Program-made: the position numbers and the translations under genes | Shown: piece by piece, positions 44,484-54,696 of the stretch | How positions within the stretch are numbered: position 1 is the stretch's first letter | How the letters are laid out: each line of letters opens with the position of its first letter | Assembly (NCBI GenBank): GCA_009837445.1 | Contig: VXTM01000039.1 | Location: 6,408 to 70,407 of the forward strand | Reading direction: 5' to 3' | DNA: 64,000 nucleotides | Source: Acidimicrobiaceae bacterium | GTDB lineage: Bacteria > Actinomycetota > Acidimicrobiia > Acidimicrobiales > Aldehydirespiratoraceae | Notes under the pieces: model-generated | The model's database searches: none | Seen by the model: the letters and a program-made list of their open reading frames with translations, nothing else | Told to the model about the DNA's origin: nothing

Positions 44484-45217
44484 GCCGCAGCGTCTACGGG
44501 CGCCGGAGCGAGGGCGAGACCACGGGAGAGGGCTCCTCGCAACGGAGTCGCCAGCCCCTGTGGGGGCGGGTCCTCTACCGGGTGCTCTGGACGATTGTCT
44601 TCGCGCTCATCAAGGTGCTGTTCAGGCTCCGGGTGGAGGGAGGCGACAACCTTCCGGCCGGCCCGTTCATTCTCTCCCCCGTTCACCGGTCCTTCATCGA
44701 CACTCCGATAGCCGGGATGGCCACCAGCCGGCGACTGCGGTTCATGGGCAAGGAAAGCCTCTGGGAGATCCGGCTCCTGGGCGCCCTCCTGTCGGTGCTG
44801 GGCGGCTTCCCGGTGGAACGGGGCACAGCCGACCGCACCGCCCTGCGAGCCGCCACCGATGTCCTCTCCCTCGGCGAGCCGCTGGTGATGTTCCCCGAGG
44901 GGACGCGCCGCACCGGCGACCGGGTCCGGCGTGACGACATGCTCGACGGCCCGGCCTTCGTGGCGGCCCGCGCCGGGGTCCCGATCGTGCCGGTCGGGCT
45001 GGGAGGCACGGTCAGGGCGCTTCCGGTGGGTTCGGTGGTGCCTCGCCCCCGCCGGGTGGTGATTGTCGTCGGCGACCCGATCCCGCCGCCGGCCAAGGTC
45101 CAGGGGCGGGTGCCGCGCCGAGCCGTTCGAGAACTCACCGACCGCCTGTACCGGGAGCTGAGCGACCTCTACGTGGAGGCCCGGGTGCTGGCCGGCGAGG
45201 AACCGGCCCGGGCTTGA
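44480..45217 (+). CDS. plsC: 1-acyl-sn-glycerol-3-phosphate acyltransferase
   Basis: HRSFIDT (HX4D) and MFPEGTR. The start is uncertain: a TTG at 44480 overlapping the cmk stop was chosen. Confidence 0.8.
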   Translation: MSRSVYGRRSEGETTGEGSSQRSRQPLWGRVLYRVLWTIVFALIKVLFRLRVEGGDNLPAGPFILSPVHRSFIDTPIAGMATSRRLRFMGKESLWEIRLLGALLSVLGGFPVERGTADRTALRAATDVLSLGEPLVMFPEGTRRTGDRVRRDDMLDGPAFVAARAGVPIVPVGLGGTVRALPVGSVVPRPRRVVIVVGDPIPPPAKVQGRVPRRAVRELTDRLYRELSDLYVEARVLAGEEPARA

Positions 45218-45228
45218 AGGCCGGCCAC

Positions 45229-46308
45229 CTAGGCCTGAATTCCGCTCTTGTTCGCTTCGCTCACGGGCCGCTGGGCCCGGGGGCTGAAGCGGTCGAGCAG
45301 GTCGCTGGCGTCTATGGAGCGGTCGTTCAGCGCCTCCCGGCCGGCGGAACCGGAGCCCAGGGTGACCGCGGCGGCGGCCTCCACCGCGGCCAGCAAGTCG
45401 CGCAGGTTCCGGGGTGGAGGGAAGTACTCGTCCTCGTCGATGACCGTCACCTCCTGCGTGCCGTGGGCCGGTGCCAGCCGGTCGATCACCTCCCACACGA
45501 GATGCTCGGGGGCTGAGGCGCCCGCGGTCACGCCGATGGTGCCCGAAAGGTCGTCGGGCACCTCGCTGGCGTCATTGATGCGAAGCACCCGCCGGCAGCC
45601 CGCCTCCGCGGCCAACTCCACCAGGGACATGGTGTTCGACGAGTTGGCCGAGCCGATAACGAGCACCGCGTCGCATTCCGGTGCGATCTCCATCATCGCG
45701 GTCTGGCGGTTGGTGGTGGCGAAGCACAGGTCGCTGATGCTGGGCTGCCACAGGTCCGGGAAGCGACGCTTGGTGTGTTCGAGCACGCCCTCCCACTCGC
45801 GGTGCGAGAGCGTGGTCTGAGCCAGCACGGCGACCGGCTCCTTGAACTCGGGCAGCGCCGCGACCCCCCGGGCGTTGTCCACCCGGTGGATGGCTTTGGG
45901 GGCGACGGCCATGGTCCCCACGGCCTCCTCGTGGCCCTCATGGCCGACGTACACGATCTGGTAGCCCTTGGCCGCCCTGGTCTTGACCTCGTGGTGGACC
46001 TTGGTCACCAGCGGGCAGACCGCGTCCACGACGTAGCCGCCCCGATCGCGGGCCGTCTGGACGACCTCCGGGGCCGAACCGTGGGCCGACAGCATGATGG
46101 GCATCCCCGCGGGCACTTCGGCGATGTCGTCCACGAACACCACCCCGGCTTGCTCGAAGCGCTTCACCACCTGCCGGTTGTGGATTATCTCGTGATAGCA
46201 GTACACGGGCGGGTCGAAGGCCCGGATCATCCAGGTCAGCGCCTTGATTGCCATGTCCACACCGGCGCAGAATCCCCGGGGCGCGGCTAGCAGGACTCGG
46301 TCGATCAC
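45229..46308 (-). CDS. ispH: 4-hydroxy-3-methylbut-2-enyl diphosphate reductase, with C-terminal extension
   Basis: APRGFCAGVDMAI, LSAHGS, CPLVTKVH, ICFATTNRQ. Confidence 0.9.
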   Translation of the reverse strand: MIDRVLLAAPRGFCAGVDMAIKALTWMIRAFDPPVYCYHEIIHNRQVVKRFEQAGVVFVDDIAEVPAGMPIMLSAHGSAPEVVQTARDRGGYVVDAVCPLVTKVHHEVKTRAAKGYQIVYVGHEGHEEAVGTMAVAPKAIHRVDNARGVAALPEFKEPVAVLAQTTLSHREWEGVLEHTKRRFPDLWQPSISDLCFATTNRQTAMMEIAPECDAVLVIGSANSSNTMSLVELAAEAGCRRVLRINDASEVPDDLSGTIGVTAGASAPEHLVWEVIDRLAPAHGTQEVTVIDEDEYFPPPRNLRDLLAAVEAAAAVTLGSGSAGREALNDRSIDASDLLDRFSPRAQRPVSEANKSGIQA

Positions 46309-46481
46309 CGTCCCGAGGCTAGTCGCTGCCGGGAGTGATCACCGCTATTCGGGTGTGTATCCACCACGCGCCTCAGTAAATGCCATAGAGTCTCCTAGGT
46401 CTCTTCGCAGAGCGCTCTGTTCATGCAGCGGGCTACCCAGACATAAAACATCATTAAAATAATCGAAAGGCAATTCGAGCC

Positions 46482-46754
46482 ATGGTTGACGAAATACCCC
46501 CTGATCAAGCTCAGATCGAGTGGCTGGGCACGACCGCGGCAGCCAAGCGCCTCGGCATCACCACGCGGACCCTCTACCGCTTCATCGATGAGGGCTACAT
46601 CGCGGCCTACCGGATGGGCAGGGTCATCCGTGTCAAGGGCGAGGACGTCGACGCCTACATCGAGTCGTGCCGGATCGAGCCGGGAACGATCTCTCACCTG
46701 TACCCCGAGGTAGCCCCTCGAGGCGCGGACGCAGATTCCGGAGACGACGATTAA
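46482..46754 (+). CDS. Small excisionase/MerR-like (BldC-like) helix-turn-helix DNA-binding protein
   Basis: LGTTAAAKRLGITTRTLYRFIDEGYIAAYRMGRVIRVKGEDVDAYIES is the excisionase-family HTH pattern. It is preceded by an unusually AT-rich leader. Confidence 0.75.
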   Translation: MVDEIPPDQAQIEWLGTTAAAKRLGITTRTLYRFIDEGYIAAYRMGRVIRVKGEDVDAYIESCRIEPGTISHLYPEVAPRGADADSGDDD

Positions 46755-46781
46755 CCCGAGCGGTCCGATGGCCGAGCGGGG

Positions 46782-47852
46782 TCAGGGCCGGATCTCGTAG
46801 TACCAGTTCGTCTTGTCTAGTTCGACCTCGTGGCGGACGAAGCGGGTGAAGCCCCCGCTTCTCGCCATCTCCTCCAGCTTCTGCGGGTGAAGCCCCAGCG
46901 TCCCTAGCCCCTCGCCTCCGGGCTCGGACAGGGCGGAGGACATGCAGTAGAAGACCGACATCGCGTACATGTAGGGGAGCAGGGGGATCTTGCGGTTGGC
47001 CTCGAGGTCGCCGCGTCCCTTGATGTCGGCCACCAGCCACCAGCCGTCATCGGCCACGTTCCTGCGGGCGGCCTCGATCGCCTCCTGCGGCCTGGGCAGG
47101 TCGTGCAGCACGTCGAGGGTCACCAGCAGGTCTGCCGGACCGAATCGGTCCAGGTCGTCGAAGGTGCCCTGCTCGAAGCTCAGGTTGTCGAGGCCCGCCT
47201 CGGCCGCGCTGGAGCGGGCCACTGCGAGCGCCCTGGCGGACGGGTCGAGGCCGACCACGGCGGCCGCGGGGAAACTCGACGCCAGCACGCAGGCCGCCAC
47301 CCCGGCCCCGCAGCCCACGTCGACGATGCGGGCGTCCGGTGAGCGCAGCCGGTCGGTGGCCCCGTCGAACGCGGCCAGCACATCTGACACCAGGAAGCTC
47401 TCCTGGCGGGCCGCCGACATGGCGCACTGCATGTGGCAGGCGTGGTCGCCGTGCTCGGCCCAGGTCATTCCCAGACCGGACTGGAAAGCCTCCAGGGTGC
47501 GCTCAATCTCGCGGTGGCTCATGGGCGGCCCGAACACACCCGGCATGTAGGACCAATGGCCGCGGTCGGTGAGCGCCACCCTCGCCTCGGGCGTGAACGC
47601 GAAGCGACCGTCGTCGTGCTGAACGAGGTCGGTGGCGACCATGCCGTGCAGCCACTCGCGGAGCCATCGCTCCTGCAGTCCGGTCGCGGAGGCCAGCTCG
47701 GCGCTGGTGCACGGCTCCGACTCCCGCAGCGCTTCCCACAGACCTAGGCGGGTGCCCAGGTGCATCATCGCTGAGACCATCTCGCCCTGTTTGATCCGGA
47801 ACAGCTCCAGGAGCGTGAGAGGCAGCCGTTCGGGGTCGAGTTCGGTGCGCAT
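46782..47852 (-). CDS. Class I SAM-dependent methyltransferase with N-terminal winged-helix-like domain
   Basis: Motif I IVDVGCGAGVAACVLA, post-I GLDPS, 356 aa. Confidence 0.8.
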   Translation of the reverse strand: MRTELDPERLPLTLLELFRIKQGEMVSAMMHLGTRLGLWEALRESEPCTSAELASATGLQERWLREWLHGMVATDLVQHDDGRFAFTPEARVALTDRGHWSYMPGVFGPPMSHREIERTLEAFQSGLGMTWAEHGDHACHMQCAMSAARQESFLVSDVLAAFDGATDRLRSPDARIVDVGCGAGVAACVLASSFPAAAVVGLDPSARALAVARSSAAEAGLDNLSFEQGTFDDLDRFGPADLLVTLDVLHDLPRPQEAIEAARRNVADDGWWLVADIKGRGDLEANRKIPLLPYMYAMSVFYCMSSALSEPGGEGLGTLGLHPQKLEEMARSGGFTRFVRHEVELDKTNWYYEIRP

Positions 47853-47857
47853 GGCGA

Positions 47858-49162
47858 TCAGTCTGGCCGCGGCTCGGGTCGAGACATCGACTCGGAGCGG
47901 TGGGAGGCGTCAAGATAGAGACCTCGAGCCATGAGCGACAGCTCGCCGTCGCGCCGGATCCGGTACACCTCGGCTCGGGTGGCGTGGGCCTCGGCGTCGG
48001 ATGGGGCTGCCTGAACGGCCCACTCCGCCAGCTGGCAGGCCAGGCGCAGCTCGCCGGCCTCGCACAGTTCCGCCGCCCGGCGGGCCAGCCGGTCCGAGCC
48101 ACCGGCCAGGGCGGCCACCTCCGCGGCCACCGCGGCATCAGGCGCCGGCTTGAGCCGGGCCGGGTTGCCGTCGTGCCAACCGCCGTACAGGCGCCAGATG
48201 TTGCGCACCACGAACTCGGGCTCGTCGTAGGAAGGCCGCAGGTACGGCTTGTCCAGGAGATGCTGCGGCACCCGCACGGTGTGGACGATCTCGTCCAGCG
48301 GGGCGCCGGCGTTCATCATCTCAAGCGTGTCGCGCACCAGTCCCTCGAGCGCGCCGGCCGTGGCCTCGAGAACCCCGGCTATGCGCTCGGCGCCCGAGAT
48401 GGGCAGGCCGTGGGCCGGAAACAGGAACTCCGGACGCAGATCGATCATCCGTCGCAACGCTGCGGCCCATTCCGCGGGGTAGCGCTGGGCCTTCTGGGGG
48501 TTGCCCGCGTTCGGGAACGCCCAGATGACCAGATCGCCTGTGAACAGGGCCCGGATCTGCGGTACCCACGCGATGGTGTGATCGTCGGTCTCGCCCTTCT
48601 CGTGAATCAGCCGCACACCGTCGGTGCCCACCTCCAGGTCGAGGCCGTCGGTGTAGGTCACCTGAGGCCTCACCCAGTCGCCGTGGAACGACCCGAACTT
48701 GAAGTTGGAGCTGAACTGGCGGGCGTTGATGATCTCGTTGTACTCGCGGGTGAGGTCGTACCGGTCGAAGCGTCGCCCGACCGCGTCGTGAGCCACCACG
48801 GTGGGGGAGGGATGCCCCCGGTCGGCGGCGTCTTCGAGGAAGGCCCGCGCGCCGCTCACATGGTCGACATGTCCGTGGGTGTAGACGATGGTGTCGACCG
48901 GGACGGCCCGCCAGCGGCGCAGATGCTCCAGCGCCACGGTTGCGAAGCCCGGCAGGGACGTGTCGAGCACCACGAGCCCGCCGGCGCCGTCGAGCGTCCA
49001 GATGTGCGAGAACCCGCAAACCAGCGCCACACCCTCTGCCACCTCGTGGAACGAGCCGTCGACGGGGTTGATGGATCGGGGCCCCTCATAGGTGTCCCCG
49101 TCGATGTAGCGGGCCGAGCGTTCAAGCAGGGACTCGGTCAATTGGCGCGCACTTCCTCGCAC
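47858..49162 (-). CDS. Metallo-beta-lactamase-fold alkyl/aryl-sulfatase-like protein
   Basis: YTHGHVDHVSG (HxHxDH) and an alkyl-sulfatase-type dimerisation region (YLRPSYDEPEFVVRNIWRLYGGW). The ORF-track start at 49312 is impossible because it overlaps tRNA-Gly. A GTG at 49162 (alternatively TTG at 49141) is proposed, so the start is uncertain. Confidence 0.75.
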   Translation of the reverse strand: MRGSARQLTESLLERSARYIDGDTYEGPRSINPVDGSFHEVAEGVALVCGFSHIWTLDGAGGLVVLDTSLPGFATVALEHLRRWRAVPVDTIVYTHGHVDHVSGARAFLEDAADRGHPSPTVVAHDAVGRRFDRYDLTREYNEIINARQFSSNFKFGSFHGDWVRPQVTYTDGLDLEVGTDGVRLIHEKGETDDHTIAWVPQIRALFTGDLVIWAFPNAGNPQKAQRYPAEWAAALRRMIDLRPEFLFPAHGLPISGAERIAGVLEATAGALEGLVRDTLEMMNAGAPLDEIVHTVRVPQHLLDKPYLRPSYDEPEFVVRNIWRLYGGWHDGNPARLKPAPDAAVAAEVAALAGGSDRLARRAAELCEAGELRLACQLAEWAVQAAPSDAEAHATRAEVYRIRRDGELSLMARGLYLDASHRSESMSRPEPRPD

Positions 49163-49171
49163 TGGGGTCGG

Positions 49172-49243
49172 AGCGGGCGACCGGAATCGAACCGGCATCA
49201 TCAGCTTGGAAGGCTGAGGTTCTAGCCGTTGAACTACGCCCGC
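49172..49243 (-). tRNA. tRNA-Gly (anticodon UCC)
   Basis: The reverse complement GCGGGCGTAGTTCAACGGCTAGAACCTCAGCCTTCCAAGCTGATGATGCCGGTTCGATTCCGGTCGCCCGCT folds into a cloverleaf. The acceptor is GCGGGCG/CGCCCGC, the anticodon stem is TCAGC/GCTGA with loop cuUCCaa, and the T-loop is TTCGATT. Confidence 0.9.
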
Positions 49244-49320
49244 GGCGCCATCACGGTATCGGTCCTCCAACGCTGAGCGTCCCGGTAGTGCCGATCGAGC
49301 GCACCGGTACAATCCCTGCC

Positions 49321-50808
49321 GTGCAGAGCAGCTTCGAGACGCTCACCGACAACCGCGTCAAGCTGACGGTCGAGCTGGATGAGGCGGAGTTCGAGACCGA
49401 GATCGAGTCGGCCTTCAGGCGCATCGCCCGGGAGGTCAGGGTTCCTGGCTTCCGGCCCGGAAAGGCCCCTCGCCGCCTGCTTGAGGCCCAACTGGGCCAC
49501 CAGGCTGGGCGGGCCGAGGCACTGCGGTTCTCGCTTCCCGACTTCTACGCCCGCGCCGTCGTGGAGCACGACATCGACGTGATCGACGCTCCCAGCATCG
49601 AGATCACCGAGGGAGCGGAGTCGGGGCCGGTGTGCTTCGACGCCGTAGTCGATGTGCGTCCCGCCGTAGCAGTGTCGGGCTACGACCAGCTCAGCGTGCA
49701 GATTCCCAGCCCGGTGGTCGACGATGACGAGATCACCGGTGAGATCGACCGGTTCCGCCAGCAGTTCGCGGAGCTCTCCCCGGTGAGCCGGGCCGCGGCG
49801 GACGGGGACCATCTGACCATCGACATCACCGGCACGATGGCAGGCGAGACCATCGACGGCCTCACGACCTCCGACTACGACTACCTGCTCGGCACCGGTG
49901 CGGTCGTCCCCGAGATCGACGAGAACCTGCGCGGCGCGGTGCCCGGTGACATCCTCGAGTTCACGGCTGCCCATCCCGACCCCGACGAGGACAGCAGTCT
50001 CAGCTTCCGGGTGCTCGTCAAGGAGGTGCAGGAGACCGTCCTGCCCGCTCTCGACGACGAGTTCGTGTCGTCGAACACCGAGTACGACACCGTCGAGGAG
50101 TTCCGCTCGACTCTGGAGGCCGGGCAGTCCAGGGCCAAGACGATGTACGCCGCGTCGGCACGGATGGAGGCCATTGCCGATGCCGTCGCCGGCCTGGTCA
50201 CTGACGAGGTGCCCGAGGCCATGCTGGCCTCCGAGATCGAGAGCCGTGTCGCGAGTATCACCAGGGACCTGGCCCAGCGGGGCCATGAGCTCGACGACTA
50301 CCTGAGCACCATCGGTCAGCCCCGCGAGGAGTTCGAGGCCGGCTTGAAGATCAGCGCGGACCGCAGCGTCCGGCTGGACCTCGCCCTGAGGGCCGTCGCC
50401 GTCGCGGAGGGGCTCGAAGCGGATGACGACACCCTCGAGGCCGAGCTGCACCAGGTCGTGCTCGCGGCCGCCCGGCGTGCTCCCGCCGATGAAGGCTCTG
50501 CGTTGGACGCCACCGCCGAGGCGACCCGGCTGCGCGAGGCGCTGGCCTCTTCGGGTCAGCTGTCGCCGATGCGGTCCGAGATCTCCAAGCGGGCCGCCCT
50601 GGAGTGGATCACCGAGCGTGTCGAGCTCGTTGATCCCGACGGGGAGGTCATCGATCCGGAACTGCTGACGCTGCCCGAAGCCGGCGAGACCGGCACGTCC
50701 GGTGAGCTGCCCGAGGAAGTCACCGAGGAAGTCTCGGCCCCCGACGTTGGTGATGACGGCGGGAGCCCTCAGGATGTAATCGCCGACGAGTCACAGGAAG
50801 CCTCATGA
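49321..50808 (+). CDS. tig: Trigger factor
   Basis: [19 protein letters not shown]... and [11 protein letters not shown], with an acidic C-terminal tail. A GTG at 49321 was chosen as the start. Confidence 0.9.
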   Translation: MQSSFETLTDNRVKLTVELDEAEFETEIESAFRRIAREVRVPGFRPGKAPRRLLEAQLGHQAGRAEALRFSLPDFYARAVVEHDIDVIDAPSIEITEGAESGPVCFDAVVDVRPAVAVSGYDQLSVQIPSPVVDDDEITGEIDRFRQQFAELSPVSRAAADGDHLTIDITGTMAGETIDGLTTSDYDYLLGTGAVVPEIDENLRGAVPGDILEFTAAHPDPDEDSSLSFRVLVKEVQETVLPALDDEFVSSNTEYDTVEEFRSTLEAGQSRAKTMYAASARMEAIADAVAGLVTDEVPEAMLASEIESRVASITRDLAQRGHELDDYLSTIGQPREEFEAGLKISADRSVRLDLALRAVAVAEGLEADDDTLEAELHQVVLAAARRAPADEGSALDATAEATRLREALASSGQLSPMRSEISKRAALEWITERVELVDPDGEVIDPELLTLPEAGETGTSGELPEEVTEEVSAPDVGDDGGSPQDVIADESQEAS

Positions 50809-51446
50809 GTCAGATCAACCCGCGCAACTACCTGGTGCCGACCGTGGTGGAGCAGACCAACCGCGGCGAGCGCGCCTTCGACCTGTACAGCCGGCTGCTC
50901 AAGGAGAACATCATCTTCCTCGGGACGCCCATCGACGATGTGGTCGCCAACCTCGTCTGCGCGCAGCTCCTGCACCTCGAGTCGGAGGATCCCGACAAGG
51001 ACATCAACCTCTACATCAACAGTCCGGGCGGGGACATCAACTCGCTGTTCGCGATCTACGACACGATGCAGTACATCAAGCCCGACATCACCACCATCTG
51101 CTTCGGCCAGGCCGCCTCCGCGGCCGCGGTCCTGCTGGCCGCGGGAGCCAAGAGCAAGCGGCTGGCCCTCCCGCACGCCAAGATCCTCCTTCACCAGCCC
51201 TACGCCGGCGCGCACGGCGACGCCAGCGACATCGAGCGGATCGCCTCCGAGGTGGCCAGGCTCAAGGAGTCGCTGGAGCAGGTGCTCTCGGAGCACACCG
51301 GCCAGCCAATCGAGCGGATCGCCACGGACACCGACCGGGATTTTGTGATGACCGCCGAGCAGGCCAGGGACTATGGGATCATCGACGAAGTGATCCAAGC
51401 GCGTAATGTGGTCGACAACAGCAGCGCCATAAGAGCGATCGGCTGA
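50805..51446 (+). CDS. clpP: ATP-dependent Clp protease proteolytic subunit
   Basis: [19 protein letters not shown] and [14 protein letters not shown] (active-site Ser context), LHQP. There is a single clpP copy in this cluster. Confidence 0.95.
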   Translation: MSQINPRNYLVPTVVEQTNRGERAFDLYSRLLKENIIFLGTPIDDVVANLVCAQLLHLESEDPDKDINLYINSPGGDINSLFAIYDTMQYIKPDITTICFGQAASAAAVLLAAGAKSKRLALPHAKILLHQPYAGAHGDASDIERIASEVARLKESLEQVLSEHTGQPIERIATDTDRDFVMTAEQARDYGIIDEVIQARNVVDNSSAIRAIG

Positions 51447-51476
51447 CCCCAACAGCCAAGAAGAGGAGACGACCGC

Positions 51477-52745
51477 GTGGCCAAGCTCGGTGAGGGAGGT
51501 GAGCTTCTCAAGTGCTCGTTCTGCGGCAAGTCGCAGAAGCAGGTCAAGAAGCTCATCGCCGGCCCCGGCGTCTACATCTGCGACGAGTGCATCGACCTGT
51601 GCAACGAGATCATCGACGAGGAGCTGGCCGGCCCCTCCGACGATCCGGTCGGCGATCTGCCCGTCCCGCGTGAGATCTACACCTTCCTCGACGACTACAT
51701 CGTCGGCCAGGAGAGCGCCAAGCGGATCCTGTCGGTTGCGGTCTACAACCACTACAAGCGGGTGCAGCTCGGCGAGAGCCAGGACCCTGAGATCGAGCTC
51801 CAGAAGTCCAACATCCTGCTGATCGGGCCCACCGGCTGCGGCAAGACCCTCATGGCCCAGACGCTGGCCCGGATGCTCAACGTGCCCTTCGCCATCGCGG
51901 ACGCCACCGCCCTCACGGAGGCCGGCTACGTGGGCGAGGATGTGGAGAACATCCTCCTCAAGCTCATCCAGGCGGCCGACTACGACGTCAAGAAGGCTGA
52001 GAAGGGCATCATCTACATAGACGAGATCGACAAGATCGCCCGCAAGAGCGAGAACCCGTCGATAACCCGCGACGTGTCCGGCGAGGGCGTCCAGCAGGCG
52101 TTGCTCAAGATCCTGGAGGGCACGTCGGCGTCGGTGCCGCCCCAAGGAGGGCGCAAGCATCCCCACCAGGAGTTCATCCAGATCGACACCACCAACGTGC
52201 TGTTCATCTGCGGGGGTGCCTTCGCCGGCATCGAGAAGATCGTCGAGCGCCGGACCGGCGCCAAGGGAGTCGGCTTCGGAGCCGACATCCGCCGACCCGA
52301 GGACAAGGACTTGGGCGCGATCTTCGCGGAGGTGCTGCCCGAGGACCTCACGAAGTTCGGGCTCATCCCCGAGTTCATAGGGCGCCTGCCCGTGATGGGC
52401 GCAGTGCGCAGCCTCGAGCGTGAGGCCCTCATGCGGATTCTGGTGGAACCCCGCAACGCCCTCATAAAGCAGTACCAGAAGATGTTCCGCTTCGAGAACG
52501 TCGACCTCGTCTTCGACTCCGAGGCGCTGGAGGCCATCGCCGACGAGGCGATCAAGCGGGCCTCGGGGGCCCGGGGACTTCGGGCCGTGCTTGAGGAGGT
52601 CCTGCTCGACACCATGTACGACCTCCCCGGCCGCGAGGACATAGAGACGGTGGTGATCGGCCGCGAGGACGTGCTGCGCAACGTGAACCTCACGCTGGTG
52701 CCGCGCGCCGAGGGAGGCGACACGCGCTCCCGGCGCGCCAGCTGA
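51477..52745 (+). CDS. clpX: ATP-dependent Clp protease ATP-binding subunit ClpX
   Basis: Zinc finger CSFCGKSQ...CDEC, Walker A GPTGCGKT, and IYIDEIDK. Confidence 0.95.
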   Translation: MAKLGEGGELLKCSFCGKSQKQVKKLIAGPGVYICDECIDLCNEIIDEELAGPSDDPVGDLPVPREIYTFLDDYIVGQESAKRILSVAVYNHYKRVQLGESQDPEIELQKSNILLIGPTGCGKTLMAQTLARMLNVPFAIADATALTEAGYVGEDVENILLKLIQAADYDVKKAEKGIIYIDEIDKIARKSENPSITRDVSGEGVQQALLKILEGTSASVPPQGGRKHPHQEFIQIDTTNVLFICGGAFAGIEKIVERRTGAKGVGFGADIRRPEDKDLGAIFAEVLPEDLTKFGLIPEFIGRLPVMGAVRSLEREALMRILVEPRNALIKQYQKMFRFENVDLVFDSEALEAIADEAIKRASGARGLRAVLEEVLLDTMYDLPGREDIETVVIGREDVLRNVNLTLVPRAEGGDTRSRRAS

Positions 52746-52764
52746 CAAGCGAGAGCGCCCGCCC

Positions 52765-54063
52765 GTGGACTACGGCGCGGCACTCGACCATCTCGACAAC
52801 CTCATCAACTACGAGTCGACCCCCCGGGCCGGCCGCATCCACGGACTGAGCCTCCAGTCGATGCAGGGCTTGGCGTCGGCCATGGGGGATCCGCAGCACC
52901 GCTACCGGGTCATCCACGTGACGGGCACCAACGGCAAGGGGTCCACCGTCCGGGTCACGGCCCGCCTGCTGCAGGAGATGGGCCTGCGCGTCGGCGCCTA
53001 CACGAGCCCGCATCTGGTGGCCCCCACCGAGCGCATATCGGTCGACTCCGAGCCCATGGACCCCGAGGCTTTCGGCGCCGCCATCGGAGATGTGGCCCGC
53101 TTCACCGATCACATGCAGATGCGGGCCACCTGGTTCGAGACCGTGACGGCAGCCGCAATGCAGCACTTCGCGGATGTGGCCGTGGATGTGGCCGTGATCG
53201 AGGTAGGCATGCTGGGGCGGTTCGATGCCACCAACGTGGTCGATGCCGAGGTGGCGGTGATCACCAACGTCGGCCGTGATCACACCGACGGCGTGGGCGA
53301 CTGGAGGTTGGCCGTAGCGCACGAGAAGGCGGGCATAGTCAAGCCCGGCTCAACGGTCGTCTGCGGCGAGACCGACCCCCGTCTGCGCGGCGTCTTCCGA
53401 GCCGAGCCTCATGCGGCCATGCTCGAGCGTGGCCCGGACTTCGGGACCGAACGGGAGCGCCTTGCGATAGGCGGGTGGGTGGCCGACTTCGTCACGCCGT
53501 ACGGGCGCCATTCCGACTCGCTGATGTCCCTGCACGGCCGCCACCAACTGGACAACGCCTCCTTGGCCGTGGCCACCGCCGAGGCCTTCTTCGAGGCGAG
53601 GCTGCCCGACGATGTGGTGGACGAAGCTCTGGCCGGCGTGAGGGTTCCGGGACGCTTCGAGATCGTGGGCCGCGAGCCCCTCGTCGTGCTCGACGGGGCC
53701 CACAACCCCGACGGGGCCCGCGCCGCCACAGCCACCCTCAACGACGACTTCGCGCCGTCCGGGCGCCGGTTCCTGGTGGTGGGAATGCAGTCCGGGCGCG
53801 ACATCTCTGGCGTGCTGCAGGGCCTTGAGGCCGACCGGACCGAGCGGGTGGTGTGCTGCACCGCGCCCACCGCTCGCGGCATACCGGCGACGGAGGTCGC
53901 GGCCGCGGCTGCCTCGCTCGGTGCGGCCTCCGAGGCGGTCGACGATGTGGGCGCGGCCCTCGACCGTGCTCTCGAGCTCGCCGGCCCGGCCGACGTCGTC
54001 ACCGTGACCGGCTCCTTCACCGTGATCGGTGCGGCCAAGACCGCGCTCGCGGAGCGCCGGTAA
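52765..54063 (+). CDS. folC: Folylpolyglutamate synthase / dihydrofolate synthase
   Basis: HVTGTNGKGS, and a Mur-ligase middle and C-terminal organisation. Confidence 0.9.
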   Translation: MDYGAALDHLDNLINYESTPRAGRIHGLSLQSMQGLASAMGDPQHRYRVIHVTGTNGKGSTVRVTARLLQEMGLRVGAYTSPHLVAPTERISVDSEPMDPEAFGAAIGDVARFTDHMQMRATWFETVTAAAMQHFADVAVDVAVIEVGMLGRFDATNVVDAEVAVITNVGRDHTDGVGDWRLAVAHEKAGIVKPGSTVVCGETDPRLRGVFRAEPHAAMLERGPDFGTERERLAIGGWVADFVTPYGRHSDSLMSLHGRHQLDNASLAVATAEAFFEARLPDDVVDEALAGVRVPGRFEIVGREPLVVLDGAHNPDGARAATATLNDDFAPSGRRFLVVGMQSGRDISGVLQGLEADRTERVVCCTAPTARGIPATEVAAAAASLGAASEAVDDVGAALDRALELAGPADVVTVTGSFTVIGAAKTALAERR

Positions 54064-54116
54064 CACTCACTTCCCGGCTCGCGGGGCGTGCCGGGAGTGC
54101 TTGTAGCATCGCCGCC

Positions 54117-54524
54117 GTGAATCGCACTCTGGTCATCTGCAAGCCGGACGCAGTCGAGCGGGGCTTGGTGGGCGAGATCCTGGGCCGTTTCGAGCGGAAG
54201 GGCCTGCGGGTTGTGGCCGCCGAGCTCCGGACTCTCGGCGCCGAGCTGCTCGCCCGGCACTACTCCGAGCATGTCGGCAAGGGCTTCTACGACGACCTGG
54301 TGACGTTCATGAGCAGGAGCCCCGCGCTGGTTGCCGTGGTGGAGGGTCCCGATGACACCTGGAGCGTGGTGCGCACCATGATGGGAGCCACCGACCCACT
54401 GAAGGCCGACCCGGGCACCATCCGGGGCGATTTCGGCACCGAGGTCACCGAGAACCTGGTCCACGGCAGCGATTCAGCCGAGTCCGCTCAGCGCGAGGTG
54501 AGCCTGTTCTTTCCCGACCTGTGA
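54117..54524 (+). CDS. ndk: Nucleoside-diphosphate kinase
   Basis: NRTLVICKPDAVERGLVGEILGRFERKG and NLVHGSDS (active-site His). The start is the GTG at 54117. Confidence 0.9.
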   Translation: MNRTLVICKPDAVERGLVGEILGRFERKGLRVVAAELRTLGAELLARHYSEHVGKGFYDDLVTFMSRSPALVAVVEGPDDTWSVVRTMMGATDPLKADPGTIRGDFGTEVTENLVHGSDSAESAQREVSLFFPDL

Positions 54525-54553
54525 TCCGTGTCCGGGCCGGGTCGCGCTGCCGG

Positions 54554-54592
54554 GTGAAGATTGCGTGTGAAGATTGCGAGTGAAGATTGGTG
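54554..54592. repeat. Three tandem 13-bp repeats (GTGAAGATTGCGT / GTGAAGATTGCGA / GTGAAGATTGGTG) upstream of mreB
   Basis: Read directly in the ndk-mreB intergenic region, ~105 nt upstream of the preferred mreB start. Confidence 0.8.
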
Positions 54593-54696
54593 GTTTCCGA
54601 TGCGCGCCAGCGCTCGCTATCGTCTAGCCTCCTTTCGGGCGTGCGGCCGGATCCATCGGCGCTGTGATAATCTCCGGAGCTGATCGAGGCGTGAGA

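Noticed and set aside
46482-49243. Excisionase-family HTH plus methyltransferase plus sulfatase next to the tRNA-Gly 3' end as a degraded integrated element
   Set aside because: There is no integrase. No repeat of the tRNA-Gly 3' end was found in 46300-46480. The methyltransferase and sulfatase genes have core-like high-GC composition. The small HTH fits chromosomal BldC-like regulators equally well.
50769-52748. 659-aa minus-strand ORF
   Set aside because: It is antisense to clpP and clpX. The Leu/Gly/Asp/Val/His-rich mirror composition is typical of antisense frames of highly expressed high-GC genes.
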